From: Fistulifera solaris
Lineage: Eukaryota
DNA length: 64,000 bases
Reading direction: 5' to 3'
Assembly (NCBI GenBank): GCA_030295235.1
Contig: AP026133.1
Coordinates: forward strand, 1,054,001-1,118,000
The notes below the pieces were generated by a model. The model saw nothing but the letters and a program-made list of their open reading frames with translations. It did no database searches and was not told the DNA's origin. Numbering within the stretch: position 1 is the first letter of the stretch; every line of letters begins with the position of its first letter. The translations under genes and the position numbers were made by a program. Below, in pieces: positions 10,640 to 22,831 of the stretch.

Positions 10640-13600
10640 TCACTCGGTTGCGTCGTTGCTGTGGAGACGATCAAACAAGGCATTCGCGGAAACAATTTCC
10701 GAGTACAATGAATCTTCTCCCAAGGGCATCTCCGCGAGCCCTTCCAAGATGGATGGATCGGATTTGATGACTGCTAGAGAAACTGGCAGCGGAGGACTTT
10801 TGTAGTGCATGCCCATTTTCTTCGAGAGCTCGTGACAGAATGCTGCTACTTCGGAACGACTCTCTTGAATGGCGAAAATTTCCTGCCACGCTAGTCGCTG
10901 TACAGGGATGAGTCGGGCGAATGCAAAATCTGCAGAAGTTGAAGCAGCTTGGTTCACTTACATGTTGTAAAATCGTGATATATTCTGCGTCGGTGAAAAT
11001 TTGATTGATACGTTAGAAGAGAAAACGCGACGATCGGAGACTCTACTTTCTGATTCTTACCTATGAAACCCTGCTCGACTTGGATTCTCAAAACGCGAAA
11101 TGTTATGAAGCTAGCCCATTCCCGAGGTCTATTTCGAATGAACTTCCGAAGAGCCTCTTCGTACACTTTCAACCGCTCGTACGGGACGCTCGTCGAAAAT
11201 TTCAAATTTATGAAAACAACAGCCTTAGGAGATCTAGCGGCGTTGATGATTCTGGAAGAAGCCATCGACCCGTTGGAGATCGTGGCTCTTTCATTGTTGG
11301 GTTGAAAAACCACTGTCGTCGTGTACAATGTGACATCCTAGAGAGACAGAGTGGCTCTCAGAAATCGACCGTGGAAAACGGAAAGAACCACAACAAAGAC
11401 TTACCGTCACGATCCACCCAAATGATCCATCGAGGCTGGAAGCAAAGAAAAATGAGCGAGACATCGACGCACGATTAAATCGAATGATAGTACTTACTTG
11501 GAGTCAGACTGCACATTCGATACGTGAATCCTGTCGCCAATGTCGTACTACGTGAATGATTAGGATGTCCGCAGAACAACGAAGTTACGGAAACATGCGC
11601 ACGTACCGGTCGCTGCAGCAAAACCATCAGCCAACCCTCGAACATTCGAGAAGAAGCCGAACCAATCATGAACGCGAAAGCCAGTACGAAGGATGACAAG
11701 GATAAAAATAAAGCCTTCCAAAAGACTGCTGTTAGATTGCAATCACACCTCTCACATTCAAAATTATCGACTTACCAACGGGCTTAACCCTGCGAGTCAT
11801 GTCAGGTACATATATATTGCCCTCACGCGCTCGAAACAGAATACATACCAAGCTGGTTCAGAATGATACATAAAGCAACCAAGTAAAAGACGACGTCGAT
11901 TACGTTCTCGAAGGCCTTGTCAATCTGAACGTCAAGTGTCAATAACATTGCTTGAAAGTGCTCATATACGGTACGATGTAGATACGTTTTTTACCTTTTC
12001 GCAATTGCGGACACCAGCGCTTAGTAGCTTTGCTTCCTTGTATACAGCATCGAAACTCTAAAGAAAAATGGACCGACAACATAGTTAGGGCGTCGGGTGC
12101 AGTGTAACAGTCTATCGCACATTATGACCCACCTTCACAAAGTCTAAAAGCTTGAGTTTGCCATTTCGGTCAGGACGTAGGATTCGAATCAATTCTTTCA
12201 GCGCAACCTCATCCAAGTCACCGTGGTCATCAATTGCAGCCAGAGCCAAAACGTCGAATGATATCTCCATCGTATCTTCGCCTTCTTCATCGAGACCACG
12301 AAGCGTTTGAAAAAGTTTTTGAGCATTAATAACTAAGTTTTCTCTCGAGGTAGTCTCTCCAAAAGGAGTTCCAAACATAAATCGGTCCTTCAAAACCTTC
12401 AGCGAACATTCAAACTGAGAGACAGCGCTGATGGGTATTGATTCGCCAATGCTATATTCTTTTTCGGGCTCTTCCCAAAAGCCAAGAAGTTCGTTGAGTC
12501 TTGTCTTCTCAGCTTGACTCAAGACTCGGTGTCCCTTATTTTCCTCGGCGTCGTGTATTATAAGACCATCGCCCCACAGATCGTGTACATTCTCCGATGC
12601 AAAGGACACTTTCGTGGAGTTGTCACATTTACCTTGACCTTCCATATCAGAGCCCTCACGTGTTTGATATCGAACCAAATGAATATACTGATCAGGATGG
12701 ATACGCAGTCGACGTTTATCACGCGTGCGGCGGCTACAAGTCGTTAACCGAGCTGCATTGTTGGTAGCTATGACAGCCTTGCTTAGCAAGCATATTTTGC
12801 CCATCACCTTCGTAAGATCTTCGGCATAAAACCGATACGTTTTCCGTCCTAAAGTCACTCCTAGCCACAAGCGCTTGACCGAGACGACCAACGTGATTGC
12901 TACCGCTATGCAAAGAATGCGAATATATAGCTCACTACTAGGGACCGAGCCACTTGGATTTTGATAATTGAACAATCCGAAAACATCTTGCCAGTAGGCC
13001 CAGTGATCAGCCCATGGGGTCTTGCCTGAAAGAAAGCAGAAATCTAGTATTCCCCAGAAAAAGACAATAAACGGCCATCCTTTTGATTGGACTATGAACA
13101 AAGCTGCGAGCTTGCCCACGCATTTTGGCGCTATCTGAGTGTTCACACAACAGTAGTCAACAATGATCAGTTGAATCAATGCTGCCGCGCTGAGTAGCGT
13201 TAACTGACGGACAATGAAAAGAAGCCACCATGATGCCGACGCAGTTTGCGCCTGAAACTCCTCTCCCTTGACGTTCATCAAGGTTGTTTCATTCGTCTCT
13301 GGGTCAAAGACAAACGTGACGTTGTAGTTCAAAATACCGGTTGGAGAATTGTCAGCCAAATAAAAAAGAATGAACGAAATGCCGATCAATGGAGCGACAA
13401 TCGCTATATACGCCTTTGCGTAATAGCGCAGTATGTTGAACCGAGACGACAAGAAGCTCACAAAATTAATGATATGCTTTCGATCCATGCAGTTCCGAGC
13501 ATTTTTTGACATATTATTCCATACCCCAGTTTGTTTGGGAGTAGGTTGGCCTAAATAAGTCGGGCGTTCTTGATGTGAGCCAGTCTCTTCTTCGTCACAT

Positions 13601-14985
13601 CCTTCCTCAACATGCGATAGTTTCTGGTCAACGACATTTCCATTTTCAGCGCCATAAGCAAATTTTCCACTTTGCTGGCTATGTCTGGACGTGTCATGTT
13701 TCCCCTGCTCGATGTCGTTGATAACACTGCCCGTATCTCCCCTTTCTCTGTCTGACTTGACATTGCGAAAGATTAGAGCAGCATTTTCAGCAAAAGTTGC
13801 TCCGGAGCTGAAATCCGCTGAACGAGGCTTGAGATCTTGCTCCGAAACGGACCTGTTTTCATCCAGTCCCCCAAGCACTTCTGTAAGATCCATCAATTGA
13901 GACTCTATTGTGTTTTGTCGTTGATGGGAGCGCCGCGTAGGTCTTATGGGCACGGGCATTTCGTCAGGCGTTTCATTTCCGGCTCGCTTATCTTCAATAA
14001 ACGGTTGAAATTCGGAGTCGTTGTCACCTTCATTGTCCATGTCCTCCGGACTGGATTTTTGTCTACCGGCCGGTGAAACATAGTTAGTGTCGTCTGTTAT
14101 ATTTGTCGTCAACGCCGAAGTGTCGGTTTCTGCTCGATCTCTGTTCGCATTCTCTTGCTCCTCCAGCACTCTTAATATTAGTGTTTCCGCTTCTGTTTCG
14201 AGTGGATTGCACTTCAAGACGTCATCCAAAACGACTCTCCGAGGGTGCGGCGAATTGGTGAGAAGCGAGAAAGCCGTCGCATCGCTCAAAGAAATAATGC
14301 TTTTGGTAGGCCGGTGTGTGCGATGCATGGGGTGATCTTTCGACGTTACATACGAACCCAGACTGAAATCTTCGGCTCGAACTGGAGCGCGATGACCCTG
14401 ACTCTGTTCGGCTTCCGAAAAGATATTGCTACCCAAATCATGACTCCATGATACATTGCGATGGTGACCTCGAGGACGATGCAAGTTGTTCGCAGCAATG
14501 TTGGGAATCGACAGATGCATTGTTCGGTTGGTCATGTCATTCGATGGCATGGGATTTGTTTCAGTGATCGAGTTTTCCAATGGATGGTCAGCGGCCCGAA
14601 TGCTCGCTCTTAAATGTGCATAAAAGTCATTCGTCCTAGAAAGATCCGCATAATATCCCTGTTCATATGAAATCCCGGTATTTGAATCATTGTAATCGTT
14701 CGCTCTCGTAGTTTCGTCGGTTGCATCTTTGGTCGCTTTGACGAAATCGGGCGACGGCTGCTGCTGCTGATGATGATGTTGATGATTCATTGACTCGGAC
14801 GAGTTGTTGTGTTGCGGCGCACTCGGACCGAACAAATCTGAAACAGAAGGAACGGGGCGATGAGTATTGGACCGCGGGATCGTGTTGGCATTTTCCATGG
14901 AAAGATTCGTTACGCCCAGAGTTTCAAGACGTTCCATCAACTCTTGTGTCGTGTCCTTTGCCTCATCGGTTGCTTCCACCGACAT
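10640..14985 (-). CDS. MscS-like mechanosensitive channel with EF-hand, 10 exons
   Basis: Exons 14985-12133, 12057-11995, 11924-11849, 11789-11776, 11714-11607, 11547-11498, 11435-11405, 11337-11061, 10984-10962 and 10897-10640 splice in frame. They give LSLSSFVLAFAFMIG, QRPYDIGDRI and IINAARSP; EF-loop DRNGKLKLLDF. Confidence 0.9.
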
Positions 14986-15792
14986 GCTCTCTGTCTATAA
15001 TTATGATTGTGCTTTTAAATTAAAAAGCACGTTGCACTATGAAGAAAGAAAGAAAGTCCGCAAGCTTCGAAGGAGAGATCCGCGGAACATTTTGTTTTGC
15101 GGGTTTGCGAAAAAAAATATGCTCCGCTTTCATGTTTATTCCTTTTTCGCGTTTGCCAGACTTTTTTAGCTACGGTACCCCCGGTCTGACTGCCTGTCGT
15201 CTAAGGTAATGTCGACGTAGGCGCCAGTAGGAAATGTTGAACGATGTAAGGAAGACCCGGATATTTGGGCAATTCGACATCATCCATTTTCCGGGCCTAT
15301 TTGACTGCAATGCCATAAAGCCATGAACCAACAAAGCGCATTCGCAATCATAGACGATGGTCACAATCAATGCGAAAACAAAACACAGAAATCAGCGAAG
15401 ATACAATGCTTCGAATGTCTACGTGCAAATTACGTTGGCTTGGTAGGAATTTTGTCGGTGTCGATGGCTCACGGAACTTATTATTGAGTTCGATCTCATC
15501 AATTGTCGGGTCCGACTGCAACACATTTCTCATCGACATGAAGTAGTTGAACACCAAACATGCAAGAGACAATGTATGCAAAGCTGCGATTGACTACGTG
15601 AATTTCACGTAGCCGCCGGAGGAAATTTATCGACGTAAAAGAAACCCGGATATTGTCTGTTTTACTTCTTTTGCACACGACGAGATCGATTGCAACGCTG
15701 CGTTGTTGCGAAAAAGTCATTATTTCTACGTATTTTCATTCGAGTGAAGAAACAAACCCCGTCTTCTCATTACCTTATTATTTATTAGAAAA

Positions 15793-16329
15793 ATGGCACT
15801 TTGCTGTATAGGAGGAGTATGTATTCCGTATTCGGCTTTGTTGCCTTTCTTTGCCTATGGTATTCAATGGCTTCTAGCCAAACTAGTCGCTTACGGCATC
15901 TTGCCAGACTGGCTACACGATCGTCTTCAAGGGATGCTACTGGTACCTGCCAAGAAAACAACCAAACGACAATCCGAGTCTTGTTGTACCAGCACAACGT
16001 GCAGTACTGTCTCCGATTCCGGTATTACCTCAGTACAATCGACGGACCAATGGAACGCTATCTTGCAGTCACCCAAGCCGGTGGTTTGCAAATGGACCGC
16101 TAGTTGGTGTCAACCTTGTAAAAAGATTCAACCATTCTTCGAGTCTCTCGCGGAAGATAACGATGGAGTATTTTGCATTGTAGATGTGGACGATATGGAA
16201 GATTTGGCTTCAGAATACAATGTTGCTATGATGCCCACATTTCTCGTCCTTAAAGATCAAGTCGAAGTCGCTCGATACGCCGGGAGCGATGAAAACAAGC
16301 TACGGAAGCTCATCAGCGAGAACCTATAA
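15793..16329 (+). CDS. Thioredoxin with N-terminal Cys-rich hydrophobic extension
   Basis: WTASWCQPCK active site plus VDVD and MPTF motifs. Confidence 0.9.
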   Translation: MALCCIGGVCIPYSALLPFFAYGIQWLLAKLVAYGILPDWLHDRLQGMLLVPAKKTTKRQSESCCTSTTCSTVSDSGITSVQSTDQWNAILQSPKPVVCKWTASWCQPCKKIQPFFESLAEDNDGVFCIVDVDDMEDLASEYNVAMMPTFLVLKDQVEVARYAGSDENKLRKLISENL

Positions 16330-16508
16330 GCCTTTTTCGGGAGATAATTTGTTTTATTGTTCATTCTATTGAAGAAGGTTGCACCTTAGATAATTCTTAG
16401 TTCGTTGAAGCGACTACAAGTTTTCACTATTAGTATAACCTCACACTATCCTTCTACCTTTTATGAGCTCAAATGTCTCTGACTCTAATATTTGCTAGTT
16501 TTGCATGC

Positions 16509-17337
16509 TTACTTTTTTAGTTTGTCTTCCATGAATTCCACATACTCATCAATCAGAACAGGCCAAGCCGACGAGGACTGATCGTACGCTCCCAAATCTT
16601 CGCATTCGACACAAAAATCCCAAAAGCTTGCCCATTGATCCAAGGTTATACGATTGTACTGTTGCTCTTGTTTGCCTTCCATCGACGTGAGAAACTCGCA
16701 AAAGCTCTCCAAGCGATCACTCGGAACTCGATCTTTCAGCACCATCGGCAATAGAGCCACGACCATCTCCTTATCCAAAGTTTTGTGCGTTCCTTGACGA
16801 TTGAACTGAAAGCAAAACTTGTAAAAGTCTTTGAATTCGTTGCCTGTCAGAAAACCAATATCGAGACGAGGGAGCATTTCTTTGACACTGCTCCAGCCAT
16901 TATCTACAGGCAATGTGCCGTTCTTGCAGGCTTCCATAAACTCCGTTTTCGTCAAAGCACCAGGTTTCGAAGCGCCCATTTTCCATAAAAGAACAATAAT
17001 ACGAAGATCTGTCTCAACATCAAGACCAAGTTTCTCTCCCAGTATGGCGATTCCTATAACATGATGAAAAAGTAAGTAAAGTGGGACGACATGAAAAATG
17101 TTGGTTGATTCAATATTATGTTTCGATTCCATGCTCTTGCACACGCACCTTCCATATTGAGTTGTTCCGTATCTATCTCTTCTTCTGGTTGTATCTCGGC
17201 CGCTCCATCCAAAAGCTCCTGAAACAATTTCTCGGCCGTACCCTCGAGAGCAGCTGCTTGGCTCTTCTTTTGGATTTGGAATTCCACATGTCAGTCTTGG
17301 CGGGCCTTTTTTTACTGCGTCCGCGAGTGCCTCCCAT
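16509..17337 (-). CDS. DCN1: DCN1-like NEDD8 E3 (cullin-binding/PONY domain); intron 17054-17148; frameshift near 17270; possible 5'UTR intron 17371-17525
   Basis: VLLWKMGA, FKDFYKFCFQF, ITLDQW and SAWPVLIDEYVE motifs; basic N-terminus MGGTRGRSKKRP. Confidence 0.85.
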
Positions 17338-17814
17338 AAAAGAAGGGGAGAACGATAAAAACGATCGTTACTGTAGTAATAGAAAGACAAGCACTTCTTT
17401 GGGCCTATCAAGACGCACCAAACGAAGAGGACGAGTTTTCATTGCGGTCAACAAAAATGCGAGGAACGTCGTCTCGCGGTCAAAACAGCACGTCTGTCCC
17501 CGTCGCGCCCACTTCGTCCACTCACGTTTGCCCTCCGCGTCAGCCGGTCCCGGGATGCTACTAGAGAGTGTAATCTTTTCTAAAGGCTATTGTTAGAAAA
17601 AATAAAAAGGCTCGATCAATTTTCCTAATTTTATTCCACGATTAAAATTCATTGTGCGCAAACGTTCAATTCCATTGCTAAATGACGAATATCTCTCAAC
17701 GCAACTAGATGAAAACTACAAGCAATATTGCACCAAAGATTATCACGCAAAAACACGTTTTAGTGATAAAGTAGGATATACTCGATGTTGACAATGAAAC
17801 GAGCGCCCAACTTT

Positions 17815-19109
17815 CTAATCCTGTCTTTGATTGAAGAATACGTACGCCGCTCCTTCATTGGAGTTGCCTTCGTCTTCTTGGTTAGCCCCAACAACTAAAG
17901 TCCCGGCGCTATAACTCACCGCAATTCCAAAGTTGTCCTTGTCCTGAATATCCTTCGGAGTTAATTGGACTCCTCGACGCCATTTGTATCGATTATCCGT
18001 CAGGGGCGCAAATAGATAGACGGCCCCCGCTTCTTTACGTGTTCCTGTTTTACGAAAGCCCAAGGGAGCGCCGACAGCAATACGACCATCTTGAATAGCG
18101 ACAGAAGTGCCGAAACCCTTGCCCAGCGCTGACTGTGTAGGTCGCAAATGGTCTGTCTGCTTCCAACGACCATCTTTTTCGCAAATACATACGCTTTGCC
18201 GATATCGTCGGCAACAAGAAAATCCGGTAAACGGTCAACAATTCGATTGAAAGGAAACGGCAAGGATCGCTTCTTTTTCGCTCCCACAACGACAATACCA
18301 TCTTCAATGTCTACGGCTTGACCAAACTGGTCGCCTTTGCTGGTAAAACGTCCCGCAATGCGACTTTCCAGCACCCACGAAGCGCCGTCGTCTTCGGTCT
18401 TGTAAATGTACGCCGCACCAATACCATTGTTCACCCCAATCGCCCCTGCTACCAACAAATTTCCGCTGATGCCAACATCGGTACCGAATTGATCGTTAAA
18501 AGCCACATCAATGGGCATTATTCTGACTCCATTGTCCACGTCAAATCCAGTCTCGTCGGGCTTGAACTTGTACACATGCACGGCCCCACCCGATTCTGCG
18601 ACTTCATCTTCAAGCGGTGCTCCGATAACCAAATAGGGAAGATCTAGGTCAATACTAGAACCGAAACGTGAGCCTTCAGGAGCATTGACGTATTCAATTT
18701 TCTGTGAAAAGCCGCCGTCGTCCAACTTGTAGACGTAAACGGCACCGGCATCAGGGGCAATTCCGTCGTTTCGGGATGCACCCACGACAAAGATATTTCC
18801 TTGAATCGCCACAGACTTTCCAAAGTTATCTCGAATGGCTTCACCGGTAACTTTTCGAATTTCTGTCCACTTATTCGTGGCCGGATCTCGTTCAAACACG
18901 AGGACCGCACCCGTTTCGCTGTTTTCGGAGGGTGCACCGACGATTAGGTAATTGCCGTCTACGGCAACCGAAGACCCATATCCTCGTCCGGCATCATCGG
19001 AATTGATGGGATTGGCGTCGGCAGCAATCAGTTTATGCGTCTGCTGCCACAGTGCCGACGACACACTCCAAAGTAATGAAATTAAAACCCAGGTGAATTT
19101 CGAATGCAT
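17815..19109 (-). CDS. Secreted FG-GAP repeat beta-propeller protein (frameshift near 18175)
   Basis: Signal peptide and about 7 repeats of [FY]GxSV[AD]IxG..[IV]VGA..GA[VA]Y[VI][FY]. Confidence 0.88.
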
Positions 19110-19783
19110 CTTGTCGCTTTCAGGCCGTAAAAATTCTCAATAATGTTCGTTCACTCTGATCCTTTCCTATTTTGCCGCAAGCACTGCTGTCCGTAATGTT
19201 CGTTTCTTGTTACTGCGTATTGTTTGTTATGGTGTTGGTTTGCACAACGACGGATTGGTGTGAGTGCATTTGTTGGTGTAAAAAACCTTATCTTTTTGGC
19301 GCGTCCGTCCGTTCGCGCTGTGCATTATTGCGATATACTTCATAATAGACAGTAAATGCGTGTGCAAGTACTTGTGTATCGGATTCGATGTTTAGGTTGA
19401 CCACCTGCTATATGTCTTTAATGTGAACAGATCCGTATCACAATCGCTGCTTGAGAAATTTAGCTCTAAGTACTCATCAACAAGAAAGAAAATCCGTGAC
19501 TCAATCCTCAATCATTCCTTCTCGGCTTCTCGGACTTTTACTTACCAAGTACCAAGTACAAATACCCACTACGCCTGACATCTCCCCAAAACTAAGGATT
19601 TCGACCGAGTCGCCTCAAAACTCTAGATTTCCCGTCAATTCACTACGCGCGATACTTTTGAAAAAATGATGATTTCACAAGGTGTGTAACATTTGGTATG
19701 GCTAATTCTATCGTCCCCACCGCCCGAATTGGTAACAAATTCCGCTCGAAATGAGGTCTGTCAAACACACTTCACAACAACGT

Positions 19784-20446
19784 TCAAGGTCCACCAGGAC
19801 GACGAATCATCATCGCTTCAGTACTTGTAGCTAGCTCGCTAGATATGCCGCTTTCCGCGAAAGATATGGTTGTCACTTCACATGGCGTTAGACAAATGCC
19901 CGTGCCCTCGTCGGTGCAACAACTCCCAGGGACACACCGGTCTTCTCCGGAACAATCCGCTGATGATGTACAAGTCGGGCGGTTACAACTGTCATTGATC
20001 CAGCAGAAACTTTGGTTTTCCGTGTCGGAGGAACAAAGACAGTTTTCGGATCCCGAAGTGCCACAAATGGTCTTGACATCTCCACACTGCCAAACGGCGT
20101 TACATTGACAAGATCCACACTCGTAACCGGACAGTATGTACGCTCGAGGGAAGAACGTGCACTCTGTTCTACAAGTATCTCCATCAAGGAATCGAACCGA
20201 ATATTTAGTTAAAAAGCCAAGACGCTCGGTACAAACATCCTCATCCGGACAAACGTCGAAGATGCGACTGTTGCGGCTAGCATCGTCTCTTGTATGTGAC
20301 TGACGAAGAGACACGTCAGCCGCAACTGAGCGGCTAAAGAAGAGAATTAGAGGGATGTTCACTTTGAAGGATACGGTTTGTGTCAGACTCAGCTGGGTCT
20401 ACATCCAAATCACGCCTCCTCACTCACCTTTCCTATTGACTTTCAT
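19784..20446 (-). CDS. Small Cys-rich, probably secreted protein (intron 20362-20427)
   Basis: Spliced N-terminus MKVNRKVNIPLILFFSRSVAA; 20 Cys in about 130 aa. Confidence 0.65.
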
Positions 20447-20801
20447 TGTGTTGCTACCACGAAATCACCTCAATTACAGGCTGCTGTATTATCGACTTGT
20501 CTTTCTCTGATGATATGATCCGATATGATTGAGAAACTTGCATTTACTTCGAGTGATTCCCATTCTTGACCAATGTTGCGTCAATCGCTAAAAAAAATGA
20601 AGCAGACAATTAGTAGGAGTACCGTTACGATTCCATAAATAGGCACTTGTAGGTTTATATAAGCTAAAGTGTAAACGACCTTTTTCGTGACTGCATTTTC
20701 AGTCATGAAACGTGGCACCGGAGAAACAGCTATTTCTCTTTGTCAATGTCGGAGCCACACCAACTTGTTGTTTTTACTTTGTATCAACTGAAATACTTGC
20801 G

Positions 20802-22445
20802 ATGACTTCTATTTCTTCGACACCCACCACAAAAGAAATTTGGGACACACTATGTGATCATATTCGCCGTTCGAACGGTGCGATGATTCATCCTGAATTG
20901 GAATTACGAGAAATGGCGTCCGATCATCGTGGCGTGTTTACTCGAAATGCCATTCGATACGGAGAAACTCTAATTCGTTTACCTTTATCATGTGCTATTC
21001 ACGGACAAGATATGCCTATCGAGTATTCGGTAGGGCAAGGAACGAAAAGGCAAGCATCGACCTGGCTGCGTTGTCTAGCAGCTCTTTATCGATACCAACG
21101 CGGCAACAGTGCTAAAAATGATGCCTATCTACAATCTCTACCTCATCAATTCGAAACGTTATGGAGTTGGTCTCAAGAGGAAGTAGATTCTTTCTTAGCG
21201 GGAACGTCCGCTTGTCTTCATGTGGCGGAAATTGGCGAGGATCGTGTGAATAGTTGGTATATTGATGTGGCTGCGGTTGAAGCACGATATCAAGAACATG
21301 TGCGACCGTATCTAGAGCAGCATTGTCAACTAAACTCTACTTATGACGCATTCTCACGAGCTTGTCAAATCATTTCAACAAGGGCTTTTCATTTGGCGTC
21401 GGCGAGTCAAGACTACTCGGGGCCATTTCTTTTGCCGGTCATTGATTTATTGAATCATTCTGCGGTTGACCCACTCACAACTCTTCGATTCGAACAGGGC
21501 GCCTTCATTATGAAAGCTGAGGATAATATTCCTGCTCATTTTGAAATCAAACACTCGTACGGTACAGAATTGACTGCAAGAGAGTCTTTGCGGACGTTTG
21601 GTTTCGTAGCCATGGAAGACACTCTCGCAGTATTGGAAGGAACTGAGCGATACAGTTGTTCCATTCCTGTAATTGTGGCGAAACAGGATGTGTTGGAGGC
21701 TTGTTGGAATGTCATCGAGTCGTCGGTACCGCAACAACTCGCGCAATCCATGCAGGAAATGGATCTGGACGATGAAGCATGGAAAATGCCCCGTGATTAT
21801 CGTAATCGCAATACGGATTTTTTACCCGACAACATTGTCATTAGGGCCAGATATCCTTTGTCTGACGAACTCGTCACCGCAGCCAGTTTGTCGTTTTTAC
21901 CACTTTTTGCTTATCAAGAAGTCAAGCAATTTTTTTTGGAGGCCGACATCTTGGACGATTACTTTTTAGGGAAACTCGTATCGACGTCGTTGCTGCGAGT
22001 CCTATCGGATCGCATGGCAGCCTATAAGGCCATCTACTACGAGGGTAAAGAATTTAATGACGACCACGAACTTTTGAAGCTATTGCTCGATGTGAAGGAA
22101 GATTTATCTTTGCAGCAAAAGAGACTTGTGTATGGACTCACGGTGCGTTTACGGGAAAAACAGACCTGGACTGCGTTGCGTCGAAAAGTGTGCGAAATTT
22201 TGACTCAGTTGGACGACGAGGGAGGAAGAGACGGAAGACGACAACATGAAACGACAGCGTATGGATGTGACATGACATTGCGTCTAATTTCATACATTGA
22301 CGATCTACCTTTCCGTTCCAAAAGAATAAAAGAAGCTCGAAGATTGTATAGACTACCTAATAAGTCGCCTTTCATAGGAAAGCCACATTTTGCGCATGTG
22401 GGTGAAATCGAGCGGAGGCCGGGGTACTTTTTGTATTTTTTTTAA
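20802..22445 (+). CDS. SET-domain lysine methyltransferase (Rubisco-LSMT/SETD6-like)
   Basis: RGVF, YLQSLP, ISTRAF, LLPVIDLLNHS and EIKHSYG motifs. The exact C-terminus is uncertain. Confidence 0.85.
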   Translation: MTSISSTPTTKEIWDTLCDHIRRSNGAMIHPELELREMASDHRGVFTRNAIRYGETLIRLPLSCAIHGQDMPIEYSVGQGTKRQASTWLRCLAALYRYQRGNSAKNDAYLQSLPHQFETLWSWSQEEVDSFLAGTSACLHVAEIGEDRVNSWYIDVAAVEARYQEHVRPYLEQHCQLNSTYDAFSRACQIISTRAFHLASASQDYSGPFLLPVIDLLNHSAVDPLTTLRFEQGAFIMKAEDNIPAHFEIKHSYGTELTARESLRTFGFVAMEDTLAVLEGTERYSCSIPVIVAKQDVLEACWNVIESSVPQQLAQSMQEMDLDDEAWKMPRDYRNRNTDFLPDNIVIRARYPLSDELVTAASLSFLPLFAYQEVKQFFLEADILDDYFLGKLVSTSLLRVLSDRMAAYKAIYYEGKEFNDDHELLKLLLDVKEDLSLQQKRLVYGLTVRLREKQTWTALRRKVCEILTQLDDEGGRDGRRQHETTAYGCDMTLRLISYIDDLPFRSKRIKEARRLYRLPNKSPFIGKPHFAHVGEIERRPGYFLYFF

Positions 22446-22831
22446 TGTTCATTATTTATTTAAACAACAATTGAAACAATTCACTTCTACCATTTAGCCA
22501 AAACTAATAAAGCTGATATTTTAGCGTAAATGGTTGGAACCCTGGGTCAAGTAAGTTCCCACTTCCAGGTACAGTATGTTTTATTGCAAAATAGTGACGG
22601 TCAACCATAGCAGGGACTGAGACTCAGTCGTGTCAAGACTGCTCTTTGCCCCCAAGTATGCCGATACCGGTACGATGCATTTTTCTTGAGGTCAGGATGA
22701 AACGGAAACCGCCGTCGACCGATCAAAAATCAATCGACCCACCATGAGAACTTTCCAAAATATTCTCGAAGGCAAAAGTGAATACATATTGATTAAAACC
22801 AACGCAGTCTCTTACCCAAACGCTCACAAAC

